Source: Epiperipatus broadwayi
Taxonomy: Eukaryota; Animalia; Onychophora
DNA: 64,000 bases
Direction: 5' to 3'
Assembly: GCA_028023455.1 (NCBI GenBank)
Contig: JAQFVV010000003.1
Span: forward strand, 5,952,001-6,016,000
The position numbers and the translations under genes were made by a program. This document shows positions 13,961-27,770 of this stretch, piece after piece. The notes beneath the pieces are model-generated. The model had not been told where the DNA came from, did no database searches, and worked only from the letters and a program-made list of their open reading frames with translations. How positions within the stretch are numbered: the stretch's first letter is position 1; every line of letters begins with the position of its first letter.

Positions 13961-14426
13961 ATGAATAATCACAAAGTAATAACAGCTGCAACGACAAGAA
14001 CGTATGAAGTGGACATTAGGAATTTGCCCTGCTCGGTTCCTTTAAGGCCTCCAAGAGGAATCAAAGGGTCTCCTTTCAGTTAATAGCAAACTCCTTTTTT
14101 ATATATCATTAAAAACCAGTCAACACTTAGACAATTCCAATATCATTAACAATCAACAATTTCAAACTATTGTCAAGGCAACCTCCTTTCAACAACAAAG
14201 GTGGAATCCAACCTTTATTAATGGTCTAATATATAGACTCTGAAGATTGCAACTTTACCACAGAGATTAAAATTATTAATACAAAAAAGTTTAAATAAAT
14301 CTCTTTAAACATGCAAATATAACCTACTCTGAATGTGGACTAATAAATAATCAATTATACTATTACAAATTGCAATTATAAATTTCAAATTGCATTCAAA
14401 GTATCACTTAAATAATATATATATAT

Positions 14427-15779
14427 TGTACCGGGTTCGATAATAAGAGGATTGTAGCGTACTCTATTTGTAGGTTTAGCTGGGTTCAAACCTTATTTAT
14501 CATAAATTTATAATTTTATATTATAAATATTACATGAACAACCTGGCCCTTCAAGCAGAGGAGAGAATACCATTGATGGCAGAGCCATCAATGATACCCA
14601 TGACCAGACCAAGCTACATCATGCATAACAAGATCACATTTCCAGACCGTGGCCTACCTCGACTGCTAGATTCAAACCCCTACTATCCAAACACTTTATT
14701 TGTTTTGCGGTAGACCTCAGGCACCAGCTAGTTATGAGAACTAATGTGTTTGGACAGTAGGCCCATAATCCAGTGCTCGAAATATCCTATGACTAGCTCA
14801 ATCAATTGTAATATAATAACAAATTATTGCTTTAACTACTGGTAAAGAATTGACCGACAAAATTAAGCTTCAAGATAACTTATTTAACTAAACATTTATT
14901 ATTCTACTTTTAATTATGTATGTGAAACTTATTTAAATGGAACAAGAACTTATCATAACTTCAGGCTCACACATATTAATAGCAATATAATATAACAAAG
15001 AATTAAATAATATTTGACATTTAAAATATATGAAATCAATATAACATATCCTAAAGCATTAACACACACAGCATTTCAAAACATGCACATCAATAGTTCT
15101 TTATGCATGCTATAGAGTTCATTATTATTTGACTCTGGAAGCCTTCAAATTATTGCAATGGCTACTTTAACTAGAAATGGAAATAAAAAAATGTTATTTG
15201 TTACCTAGGATTTTAGAACGTGGATACTTCTTGGTGTTTTCTGCTTCAAATGAAATCTTTCTAACCAGTTAGATTTGAGATGTCTTCTTGTGGATATTTA
15301 ATGTTTAGTGTTCTGAGGCATTATTCTTTAAGACAATTAGATATTGACAGCAGATTTTCAAGTTGTTAGGCAGGCATTATTTTCATGGGCAGGTTGGCTG
15401 TTTATTGGACTCAGGGTAGAGCAAAGTCATATGTTTCCGATGATGATTAACAATGCATGATTGATTCTGGATACATAATAGATTACTTGATTGATTGATT
15501 GATTGAACTGAACTGCAATCTGAACTGATTAATTGACTGAACTGAACTGTTTGTCCAATGAAAAAACTGGACTATTTATTAGAATATCCTGTTGTCATTT
15601 TGGTGTCCACCAGCTATATTTGTTGCTGAAAGTCCTTAGATAAGCTTTTAATCCTGTTGTTGGAGATCTTTTAATTAGTGACAATTGCAAACTTGTTGTT
15701 TTGGGGATTTTGTTTAACTTAGTAGCCATCACAAATTTGTTGTTTTTAAATTCATAGCCATTGCAAATTATGTGTTACA
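14427..15779 (-). mobile_element. Probable solo LTR (Gypsy-like), 1353 bp
   Basis: Ends TGTA...TACA flanked by identical ATAT (14423-14426 and 15780-15783). (CAGTT)-type repeats on the minus strand near 15500-15550. No internal ORF and no PBS outside either end. The ATAT match is weak evidence because the left flank is an AT microsatellite. Confidence 0.5.
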
Positions 15780-16240
15780 ATATTTTATCTTTCTCATTTC
15801 ATTTTATTAACACACACACACACATTTCTTATACTTAACATTAATTCATCATTTACGCACATATATATTTTTTTCAAATTATGGCAAAAGACTCTTTTTC
15901 TTTAAATCGAATGAAAAGAGAGAGATTTTTATTTCATGTAAAGATTTATATTTTAAGCTTTTAGTTTTTCTTCTAAGTTATATTTCCTACCTCCTTCCAA
16001 TTAATTAATTGTAACTTTTATTTCAAACTACTACTACTAATAATAAAAAAACCTCTTTAGACTTTTAGTTTTACGTTTCTACAGCAAACTGCATTTTATT
16101 TAATACAAAACTCTCTAGATTTTTATAAATTTATTTATTGATTTATTAACCATTATTTATGATAATTTTATTTTAATAATTTTTTAGCCAAAATTATATA
16201 TGTATGGATAAGATATCGGTACAATATATATATATTTTTT

Positions 16241-16245
<5 letters not shown>

Positions 16246-16299
<54 letters not shown>
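16246..16299. repeat. (TA)n microsatellite
   Basis: Uninterrupted TA dinucleotide run. Confidence 0.95.
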
Positions 16300-16302
<3 letters not shown>

Positions 16303-18951
16303 ATATAAAGAGTTACATATGATCCACTATACAGCAAAAGCATTTTCAATAGTTTCTCATAGAAAACAGTAAAAAAAAAAGCTTTACCTAGGTGATGAGA
16401 TTTGAAAATTTTTCATCTTTAATTTACTCTTTAGTTAAAAATACTCAAAACCAATTTGCCAAGTGATAGTCGGCTATGGATGAGCTTTGTGGAAAAAAAA
16501 TTCTAAGCCCAAATAAAGTCTGAAAAAAATGTCAACTTCACCCAGCTCAAATTCAAACCTAGTAACAAAGACATATCAGGTAGATATACTACCATAGGAT
16601 AGTCACTCAGAAGAATCATGTAATTTTTAATGTACTACTGAGCAAAAAAAATTCATTCATATGACAAAACTAAGTTTTTTGGTTTTTTTTTTTACTTCAG
16701 TTAAAAATCAATGCAGAAAATTTAAGCTTCTAAACTCTGCCATTCTATCATTGTAAAAACTAAAAAAATTAACTGTGATAAAACACAGTTGCTGAAGCTT
16801 TAAATATAAAATTATAACAATAAAGCTGAGCGCTTTCGGGGGACTTAAGCCTCCATAATCATAGCTCAATACAAAACTTTTCATTGTAAAAACTGTGTAA
16901 TGATTGTCATGAATAAATTTTCCAAGCCTTACTATTGAATAGCAAAATAAAAACAAATAAAGTATGTTCACTGAGTGAGGGTATGAAAATTCAGTGTTTC
17001 CTAGCAGAAAAGATCAGTTTGTTAAAACTCAGTCAAGAATTGTTTGCAATGCAATTTACTGTCCATTGAATTTATTAATATTTACATCATAGCAGTTGTA
17101 TGATAAATGGCCCTTATTAGTTTTTATTATGCTTTTTTCCAAAATATCAAAGAAGATTATAATTTTTAGCTATGGTTATGCTAATCTGGCATCAGATTTA
17201 AGTCAATAGGCAGTCATTCTATTTTTGAACCAAAATCAGGGTTGTTTGAATATTCAACCTATTAGTTTTAAATACAAGTTACCATTAAGTGAATAATCAC
17301 TTTATCAAAAATCCAATTAATTAGCCATCACTTGTAGAAGAGTTCATGAAGTTTAACCATTATTTAAATTGTGGATTTTGTAAATGAAAGATAAATTAAA
17401 AGACTAAAAATATAAATGTAAAAATATCAGATCCTAAACTAGAATATGAAAAATAAACTAGAAGTTTAAAAGATGTAAACAAAAAGGCCAGAATAAACAG
17501 GAATATGATTGTTTACTAGTCATACTGTAACCCATTATAATGTTTAAATAGCATTCAAGAAGGCCTGTTTATCAAAATAATATGCAAATAGCTTCTGATA
17601 TATTATCTGTTTTTCGATGATCAATAAAGATTCCACATCAATCAGTTACTGTTGTGCCATGAAGAGGCAAAATGATTGACTGCTTTTAACTATCTGTAAT
17701 TATGGCAAATAATCAATTACCTTGAGAATATCAAAATGAAAAAAAAAAATCCTTACTTATACATCAAACTAGAAACTGTGTGTGCAATATCAAATACTTC
17801 TTAGAGCAAGAAAATGATTGTAAAATGGTGATGCTTTAGTATGTGGCTGAGAACTGAAGTATTTTTAAATAATTCTTCAATGAGAATGCTTAATAAAATT
17901 TATTTCTTAAAATAGTTAAATCTTATTTATTAAAACCTCAGTTTGAATTGAAATTATTAAAATTCTAGACTTTAAAGATTATTAATCAATTTTACATATG
18001 AAAACTCATATAACTAAATCTCAAAACAGAAAAGCTTATTGTAATTAAATCTTAATCAAAATTGCTTAATTCCTTTAAAAGATTCACAGTTTTAAAAAGA
18101 GAGATATGTACAGTTCAGTGTAATGATATAGTTGTAATCTCAAGAATTACTAAGTATGTGAAAGTATTCCTGACTGAGAAAACTAAAAACGAACTAAGTT
18201 TGGTTAATTTAATGAAACAAAGCATTAAATTGACACATGAATGCTCAAACATCACATGATCTCTAAACAACTGATCACATGATTCTTTAATTTTTTTAAA
18301 AATACTAAAAACTCAGATTTACATTGCTAGAACATGGCACTACATAAGAGAAATCCTATAGTTACTATACTTTTTATATTACAAGTCTACATTCAAAAAT
18401 TGATTGAAGTAAGTAGGCTATAGTTACATGATATTCGATCACAATCAGTGGTAATTTGCTATTATTTCTCATTCTTTTGACATAAATTATTATCAACATT
18501 TGGAACTATGACACAGTCTTTAATGACACCTTTATAGCTTTATAATCATACAGAGATAATCATGGTCACATGATAATTTTCCCAGATAATGCCCATTGGA
18601 CTAATTTTAGCATATGCCATTTTTTTATTAAAAATAATTGAACAGTTATTGTTTATATAATGTTCCAACACCATTTGATAGATTGAGCTCAAATCCAAGA
18701 ATCTTTAACTCATATTATTCTACGATTGTGACACCACATAGCTATTCCCTCAGAATAAGGTTTATAAATTTTGATATTTTTTTCAATTATATATTCAATA
18801 TACTTTTTTTAAAAAAAAAATATTGAATGAGAATTGGAATTAATTTGAAGATTCCCATTTGAATTATATCTTTCCTAATAAAATGCTTGGATAAAAACTA
18901 TTTGTATAATAAGACTAGGACTACACAATTTATTACATAATTACTCAGTTA

Positions 18952-20012
18952 CACCTGGGTCTCTTTTTATGTGGACTTATTTAACACGATTTTGAAGTTA
19001 TGCGATTCATGTTTCACCGGAAGTCGAACTCCGATAATGTGCTATTACTTTAAATAATAAATTTCGCGTACTTATGTTATATTAAAAGTAATAGCACATT
19101 ATTGGAATTCGACATTCATCTTAGTAATTTCAATATTTTCAGTGCTTTATAATAGTAAGATTTTATGCAATAATGAAATTAAAATCATGATTTCCACATT
19201 TTATGTATACACACATTAAATTTTACAAGATTATAATGCAAATTTGTTCAAACATTGTGCATGTTAATTTCACATTTTAAATCACATTCTGTTTTTGCTT
19301 TTTAAAAAAGAATATAATCAATTATTAATCATTTAGTGTACACAAGTTTATTTTTAAAAGGTGAGTAATAGCAGTGGGCACAATTAAATTTGACAATTAA
19401 AATCTGATTTTTAATTGTAATTAACAATTTAAAAATTACTTACGGTGACTTGAAATTAATGTGATGTGAAATTTGATTTTTAAACGGAATTGAAAATTAA
19501 AAAATTAAAGACAAAAATAAGAATTTAATTTTTAGTTGTTAGTTTTATAAACAATTAATAAAATCATCATCTCAAAGATTAATTACTAATTACATTGTCA
19601 CCAGAAAACCATTGACACAACATGAGTGTGAAGTTGGTGCTAGTTGTATTTTGGCAAATAGCGATAATAATTAAAACGTGTATAAAAAAATGTAAATTAC
19701 TGTACTGTAAATTATGCATAAAAATATATTATTTTGAATAAAATTAAATATTATAGTTAAAAAAAGTTTGCCTTGTATCAATTTTTTTCAAATTTGAAAT
19801 TTTTTATTAGTCATATTTTATTTCCTTATTATTTTTTTTTTTTTTGCGTGAATTTTAAAGTAATTTTACATTGGTGCTTTGCTTTTATGCGAATTTTGAA
19901 AAATCACAGATTGCATCCTCCCTTTTTCAATGTACATTATGTCTATTTTTGCACGATTTCATTTGCGTGTTTTCTGAGGAACCTATCTATCATGTAAAAC
20001 GAGACCCAGGTG
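18952..20012. mobile_element. Non-autonomous Tigger/pogo-type (Tc1/mariner superfamily) MITE, copy 1
   Basis: TIR CACCTGGGTCTC...GAGACCCAGGTG with TA on both sides (18950-51, 20013-14). Colinear with copy 2 at 50095-51298 but with internal deletions. Confidence 0.85.
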
Positions 20013-21560
20013 TAATTTGCTGCTCTTCTTTATTCTTCAATGATCGTTTATTAAATTACTTGAACAATCATAAGGAACTATTTTTAGAAAGAAAAAAACT
20101 ACTTTAAAAGATGAAAATAAATTTTCTGAATTTATTAAAATAACATTCAGAATTCAATTTACATATGAAATATTATATTTTCTTTCAATATATTTATACA
20201 AAAGTATGTATGCTAAGTTCTTTGCCCGAAACAGGTAAAGGTAAATAAACAAAAGCTTAGTGTGACCAAGCAATAAAAGTTATTTATTGTTAAATTTACT
20301 ATTGCTTATTACCCCCTTAAAATAATTTATTCTAATATCATAATATTTAAGAAATATAGAGTAATCTCTGAAGATACTCTATGCATTTTAGTGTAGTGGT
20401 AGAATAGCAGATTAAAAAGTAGGAGATTCTTTGAAACTGAACTGATAATGTAAAAAAAAAAAGTTTGACAATTTGAATAGAATTATTGTATACTCAATTA
20501 CTTGAGAACTTGCATATCACATGATCACCAGAACAAATAACTTTACAATAATTATAAAGATTCACACAGTGAAGTATAGATTTTGTTTATAAAAATAATC
20601 CAATTTTTTTTCTTTTTTTTGTTGTTGAATTATATTATAATCAATATAAATAATAAACCATTTATGCACTTATTGCTAGTTCTTGTTATATAGCAGACTT
20701 CTTTAGAGCTTATATTTTTGCTTTAAAATTTTTTTTTTAAAACCAAAATATAACCTTTGAAAATGACTGTTGTATAAATAAAACTGGAAACATAAAAATA
20801 AAGAAATTGCATGGAAGTAAATGTGTATTATCAAGTAATGATAGTGTTAGCTTATTCTTTATTTCCAGCCCAATTAAAAAATGGTAATGTTGGATATGGT
20901 TCATTACTCTTAAAGTTGTGTTATATTTTTCTTTTTTATCAGTACATTGATTTCCATACAGCATGGTAAGTTGAAGCACCAACCATTATACCAAAAAATT
21001 CTTCAACTTAAATAAAGATATATCAATTTTTTATAAATTTTACCTTATTATATTCTATAATTGTGATTTGTTCTTTCTATTTTTTAAAACAACTCTATTC
21101 CCATAATAAATATTTATTTTCCATTCCACATTCCCTAAAAAAATTAAATGTTTTCAATTTACAAATACATTCTTTCATTTCAAAACTTCCTTTATATGCT
21201 TAAATAACAATTTCCTTTCAGTTTTGATTAATGACCCTTTTTTGTAACAATATTAGTTGTTCTCTTCTTACATACTCTGATCTTCCATAGAATTTTTTCT
21301 TTTTCATTTACTAAATCTCACATTTTAATCATACCTGCTAATGAATATACTAATGGGATATTCTCATTTACTGTAAAGCTACATTAAGACACCAGCAAGT
21401 TTTTATTGATATTTTTCTAATTATATATATATATATGAATAAATAAATGTGTATCTGGGTAATGTTTTCCATTTTTTTAAGATAATTTTATTTTTAAGTA
21501 CAATCTTTATTTAAAAACAAAAATTATACACATGTTTACAATAATTATATATTTAGAAGG

Positions 21561-21907
21561 GATTTGATCTCAGACTTTCAAGCTCCCTACAACTATTCCA
21601 TTCCATCTTATTCATCTTATTCAACTGATATACATGACCATAGACATGTGAAAAAGATAAGTGTTCTACAAAATAAACACTTCATGCTGAACCAGCACTC
21701 ATCAGTAGGTCCAGATCATCATTTTCCGCACACATATATAATCAGTGCTCAGTTTATATTAAGATAGCAAATCTTCAAACTTTAATGGACAGGCTTCAAT
21801 TTTCTCCACCTTCCAACTTATCTATTTCACATGTATGTGGTCATGTGTATTAGTTGTATAAGATGGAGTAGATAGTTGTATGGAGTTTGAAAGTCTGAGT
21901 TCAAGTC
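21561..21907. mobile_element. HHR family A inverted-repeat element (probable non-autonomous PLE derivative)
   Basis: Imperfect inverted arms 21561-21661 and 21817-21907. Interior is homologous to both arms of the 32507-33038 element and carries an HHR motif on the minus strand. Confidence 0.7.
21662..21719 (-). ncRNA. Degenerate type-I hammerhead ribozyme, family A (copy A1)
   Basis: Minus strand: ATGATCTGGACCTA-CTGATGA-GTGCTG GTT CAGCAT-GAAG... Core CUGAUGA and 6-bp stem II intact; A15.1, stem III and the 3' strand of stem I are eroded. Confidence 0.6.
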
Positions 21908-24383
21908 TCTTCTAATTACATTAAGTTCAATATAGCCTATATACTTGTATTTAAATATTAGTAATTATTTACATATAAATTTTAAATTACAGATCTTCAT
22001 ATTTATTTATATATTGTTTTAAAAGGATTTTTAAATTAAATAATACTTTTTTTGATTTTTATATTATTTACATAATTCACATGAAGGCAAATCAGTACTT
22101 CACCAAATTTTTTCCATTATTTTTTTTAGTAATAATTGAAAGGTTGCTAGTCTTGATATAATTATTAAAGTATTTATTCCAATCATTGGTGAGTTTTTTA
22201 ACTAATTATATTTTTATTATCAAAAATCTTTTTACATTTTATTGTCCATGTAGTTTTTAGAGCATGTAGCAAACCTCTTGCATTATGTGGATTAAATCTT
22301 TTAATATTTTTTGTTATTTCCCTTTTCAAATTTATGTATTGTGCATGAAATACTTTTGATCCTAAGAGTTTAAACATTACACATTTTTCAGATAAGTGAA
22401 AGAAGGTTTCCTCTTTCATCTTACAAAAAATGCATGAAAGCTACAAATTCACTTTTAGCTGATCATTTAAATAAACCTTCATTACTAGGAAATGATTTAA
22501 AAATTTGAAGTAGAATTTGATATATGATTGTGGAGCATATATTGTGTGAAGATTCTTGATAATCTTAATCACTGACATTTTTGTCCAAGTGTACTGAACA
22601 GTGTTTATTTCTTATTACTGAATTTTATTATCTTTTTGAAAAAAATATTTTTTTATAATCCAGAAACAATCGTTAAACTGTAAAATTTTTCTTTATTGAT
22701 TCTAATCAGTTCATTTTAATTAAGTGTTTAACAAAAATATAGTTTTGATTCTATTAAATATTGTTGTCTGGAAAATTTCTAATTAATGTGATTAAATTTG
22801 GAATTACATAATTAATTAAAATACTGTCTTATGCAAGTAAAAATATTTTAATCAATGGTTTTCTGATTAGAGGAATTCCTTAAATTCCTGAGTAAGTAAA
22901 CAATGAGTGATACATTTTACTATTTGATTCTGCTTACTTCACCAGATTCAGTTTAATGTGCTGCTTTAATTTGTAAGATTCTGTTATTCAACTTGTGTTT
23001 TGATATCATTCCATATTTACATGTGCTGTTTCAAAAATGAACCCAGATCTCACTCTAGTTACAGTATCTGAAGTTGTGTGCTGCTAAGATACCCAAAAGA
23101 TAAATTCCACTCTCCAGCATGAACCTACAGCCAGCATATGCTAAATTCACCTTCAACTGATCTTCTGAACCAGACAACTTGTGACATCTAGAGTCTATAA
23201 TATAAATGCACTTGTCATCACCTATGAAACAACCAGAAGTCTATGTAAATTAAATCAATATACCAAGCATACATACATATTTATATATTATAATCCGTAC
23301 ATAAAATAATAGTGCTCTACCACATCATTATGAATAAAGGATGTTCCATAGCTAAATTAGTAAGCCAGTGATGCATAATGGTATATGTAAACTGTTTTAT
23401 TAATTCATAATTTTATACTTCTATCTTTCTTAATGTGTAACTTGTTTTTATATTTTAATTGATTGATATGTAATTTTATATTTGTTTATTGATTTGATTA
23501 TTTGATGTGCCATATTATTTTATAATCATTTAAATATGTTTAGCTAAATCCTTTAAATTCTTTGACAGTTGATAATTAAGTTTAATGAAATGCAATAGTT
23601 TTCCAAGAATTTTTTATCTTAAACAGAGTTATTTTAAAAAATTCTAGAGCAATATTTACACCTCCCCCTTCCAATTTTGTCATTGTTTTATAAAATCTAG
23701 ATTTTCTTTAACACTTTGTAGTAAAAAAGGATTTTGTAAGTTTATAAAAAAAGTAAATCTAGATGTCCCTGTTCTAATGTTTAATTAATAATTCTTTAGA
23801 ACTTGACATATTCATTTCTTATTTAATTTATGTAGATGTGTGTAATAATTTTATACAAATGTTAACCATTTATTTATATCATGCATGGCTGAAAAAAGAG
23901 ATTATTGCCTTGTGTGTGTGCATATAAATGATCTATTTATAGATATATTCAGTCCTGTTATTTATTTCTATGCTTACCACTAAATATAGGCAAATTTTGA
24001 TTTAGTATCAAATACAGCAAAGTTGTGGTCCATGTTCTTTTATATATGTTTTATCTTTTTAATCCATGTTTATTTACTGAGTGAAATTGTAGACATTTTG
24101 ATGTTTATTTTGGGTTAAATGTCCTTCCCAAGTCTTTATTATATTTCATTAATTAACATAGATTACTTATGAGCCTCTTTATTATTGTTCATTGTATGTT
24201 TCTTCATGTGGCCTGAGTCTTACACCACATATGAGCATTGTTAGTAAAATCCACATCTGTGAGCTTGTCTAATAATAAAGACTGCCAATGTTTAATTATA
24301 AATTAATGTTTTTGCAAAGATATGTGCATATATCTGAAAATTGATGAGTATTTAAGTTATTTTATAAAAACACTCAATTATTT

Positions 24384-24969
24384 TAATGAATAAAGTTAAT
24401 TTGAGGGAAAGAATAAAGGGGAAATAGAGTCAGTCAACTGTCAAATGCATTAGCTACTTTTAAAAAGTGTTTGTAATCAAATTTATTCTATATTTGAGCT
24501 AATACTAGTTTAAACTATCATTAATAAAAGCTTTTTTTTATTTTGTTATTTTATTATTAATAAACATATGTTGTTAATTGTTAGATTGGTTGGGTATTTT
24601 GTTTACTATTGTCTATACTGCCAATTGTTTATTTTATTAAGAATCTCTGCTCTTCATAATTTAGCAGCAATAATTATAATGAATAAAGTTAATTTGAGGG
24701 AAAGAATAAAGGGGAAATAGAGTCAGTCAACTGTCAAATGCATTAGCTACTTTTAAAAAGTGTTTGTAATCAAATTTATTCTATATTTGAGCTAATACTA
24801 GTTTAAACTATCATTAATAAAAGCTTTTTTTTTATTTTGTTATTTTATTATTAATAAACATTGTTGTTAATTGTTAGATTGGTTGGGTATTTTGTTTACT
24901 ATTGTCTATACTGCCAATTGTTTATTTTATTAAGAATCTCTGCTCTTCATAATTTAGCAGCAATAATTA
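24384..24969. repeat. 293-bp direct tandem duplication
   Basis: 24384-24676 and 24677-24969 are identical except for two 1-nt indels I could see. Confidence 0.95.
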
Positions 24970-25253
24970 ATCTATGTATATGACAACATCTGTAATATGC
25001 ACTAGTAATGAATATCCATGTCACCAAATTATAAACATTCTAGGCTAGAGGTCTAGTGGCACCTTCTGTTGAAGGATATAAAGTACAAGCTGTCCGGTAT
25101 AATATATAAGATTTATGTTCAATATACATATAAATAAATGTTACAACTGAGGTAATATGTATGCATTATCAAAATAAAAAAGGATTATTGCATGCTCAAA
25201 TTAAATACTATATATAAATATTCATACTTTTTAAACAGATTTCTTAAGTGTGT

Positions 25254-25284
<31 letters not shown>

Positions 25285-25290
<6 letters not shown>

Positions 25291-26135
25291 CAAACCATTA
25301 TACAATTACAAATATCCAGTAACGCCCTCTATTTAAAGATCTATATCTCAATAATAGCAAACCTTAAAATGATACCACTTTAAGGTTGTATGCTAAACGA
25401 TGTTAAATATTGAAATACAGACCTACTCAAACACAGAGCATGAAATTTTAAATAAGCAAACGATCTTAAATTTTGCTAATAAACTAACAAGTTTACAAAG
25501 TTATTAAAGACAAACTAAACATTAGATTTTAATCTTTAAACTCCTCCCAAACTATAAATGAAAAGAAAGTTACTGTTAACACTAACTGAAATAATTATAG
25601 AAAATATACAAACCATTATACAATTACAAATATCCAGTAACGCCCTCTGTTTAAAGATCTATATCTCAATAATAGCAAACCTTAAAATGATACCACTTTA
25701 AGGTTGTATGCTAAACGATGTTAAACAGAGGGCGTTACTGGATATTTGTAATTGTATAATGGTTTGTATATTTTCTATAATTATTTCAGTTAGTGTTAAC
25801 AGTAACTTTCTTTTCATTTATAGTTTGGGAGGAGTTTAAAGATTAAAATCTAATGTTTAGTTTGTCTTTAATAACTTTGTAAACTTGTTAGTTTATTAGC
25901 AAAATTTAAGATCGTTTGCTTATTTAAAATTTCATGCTCTGTGTTTGAGTAGGTCTGTATTTCAATATTTAACATCGTTTAGCATACAACCTTAAAGTGG
26001 TATCATTTTAAGGTTTGCTATTATTGAGATATAGATCTTTAAACAGAGGGCGTTACTGGATATTTGTAATTGTATAATGGTTTGTATATTTTCTATAATT
26101 ATTTCAGTTAGTGTTAACAGTAACTTTCTTTTCAT
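25285..26135. repeat. 318-bp tandem unit that switches to inverted orientation (370-bp-arm palindrome)
   Basis: Direct copies start at 25285 and 25603; inverted copies start at 25721 and 26039. 25285-25654 pairs with 25721-26090 (one mismatch seen) around a 66-nt loop. Flanked by TA runs. Confidence 0.92.
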
Positions 26136-27770
26136 ATATATAAAGTATAAATTTCTATTTAGCCTGGGGGTAGTAGAATGTGTTTAAATCTTTAGGGCAC
26201 TTAATTTTAGAATTGGTCTGTTAATTTACATTGGATAGTGATAATAATCTTAAAGTTTATATTTGAAATGTATGCTAAAATCCATTGATGTTTACATATA
26301 TGTGTGTATACATATCACTGCTTAAGGCAAACAAATACTACTTGTAAATTATGTTGAAGGAGTATACATCTTAGCAGAAGCATGGAGTGATATTACAAAG
26401 AGGAAAAACAATTCAATTTTTTTTTGTAATTATTATATCTATGGCAAAGATCAAACTCAGCAACACTGTTAAAAGTTTTTTTATATTTTTTTTATATTAG
26501 TACATGTATTTTTATCATGCCGAATGTGAATTCGTACTATTATCAATACTTATATATAATCTAAGCTACTGAATAGCCATCAATAATAAGACAGCAGCAG
26601 CTGCTGCCATTATGCCATTAACAATTCAGTTGCATGCATCAATATTTGTTACACAATAAAACATATATCATATATTTGTATAAAGTTATTCTATATGCAG
26701 TAAAAAAAATGAAATCAATATAAATTTTGAAAGATTAAATATTTTAACATAATAATGTATCATGAAAACAAAATAAATGCAACATATAAAACATTTTTAT
26801 CTACTACTAAACAAAAAAATTAAAATTTTAAAAAGAAAACACAATAATAAATTAAAACATAATATACTTTTTTTGCATATTTCAAGTTGATGATTCTTTT
26901 AAAATTAAATATACATATTTAAAAAACAATGTAGATTGTATTTTTGAATAGATTCTTGTTAGTTCATCTTCTTCACCATGTTAAATATAAAATATTCCTC
27001 ACAATTTACATAATTCACATAGAACATATAAAAAAATATTGGTCTATTCACAGAACAATTAAATCCAAAAACATTATTACAACAATTTACAGGCAAATAC
27101 CCAAAGAATTACTTAAATAAACTTCCAAATAATGGATCAATGGTAATTTATCTGTCTGGAAAAAAACAAATTATTAAACAAACTTAGTTCTTTTGTGAAA
27201 AGGTTTATATTATCCACATCATATGTTTAATAATGTGTAATTTATTTATGGGTTTGTTAAAATTATTAGAACAAAATATAGACTGATTATTACGAATATC
27301 CGCTAACTATTGTTGAGCTATAATACTTCACTTTCTATTATAGTGTGAGTTCAATTCAAAAATTATAGCAATATTGTCTATGCAAGTGAACATGTAACAC
27401 AGTTCTGTCAGTGTGATAAAACAATGCAAAAGCAATGGGTAGGTCTTATTCAAAGAACCACTGAAAATAAATAAACAAATAATTTTATATTTTTTTTGTG
27501 AAACAAGTTTTATAAAAACTTATTTCATGACTAGAAAATATTATTGCAATGACATAGTTATATAAAAGAAAAGCAATGTTTTCATTACTTCCATAAAGAT
27601 CTGAAACATATACACATGCACATATATGTATATAGTGTTAATATCTACATTTTCCATAGCCATTTTAAAATTATGTACAAAAATTAAAACATCAGAATAA
27701 CAATATCATTAATATTTAACAGATTCTTCTAATTTTATGAATAATAGAAAAACTCTGTCAGATAATAAAA

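Noticed and set aside
20943-20965. 23-nt plus-strand microexon candidate (polypyrimidine-CAG ... ATG|GTAAGT)
   Set aside because: Splice-like signals are common in AT-rich DNA; no partner exons identified.
25677-25725. Eroded hammerhead in the 318-bp unit (TTAAAA-T-GATACCAC-TTTAAG-GTTGTATG-CTAAAC-GATGTT)
   Set aside because: G5 is missing, GAAA is absent and no stem I pairing exists; the hairpin has an alternative simple explanation.
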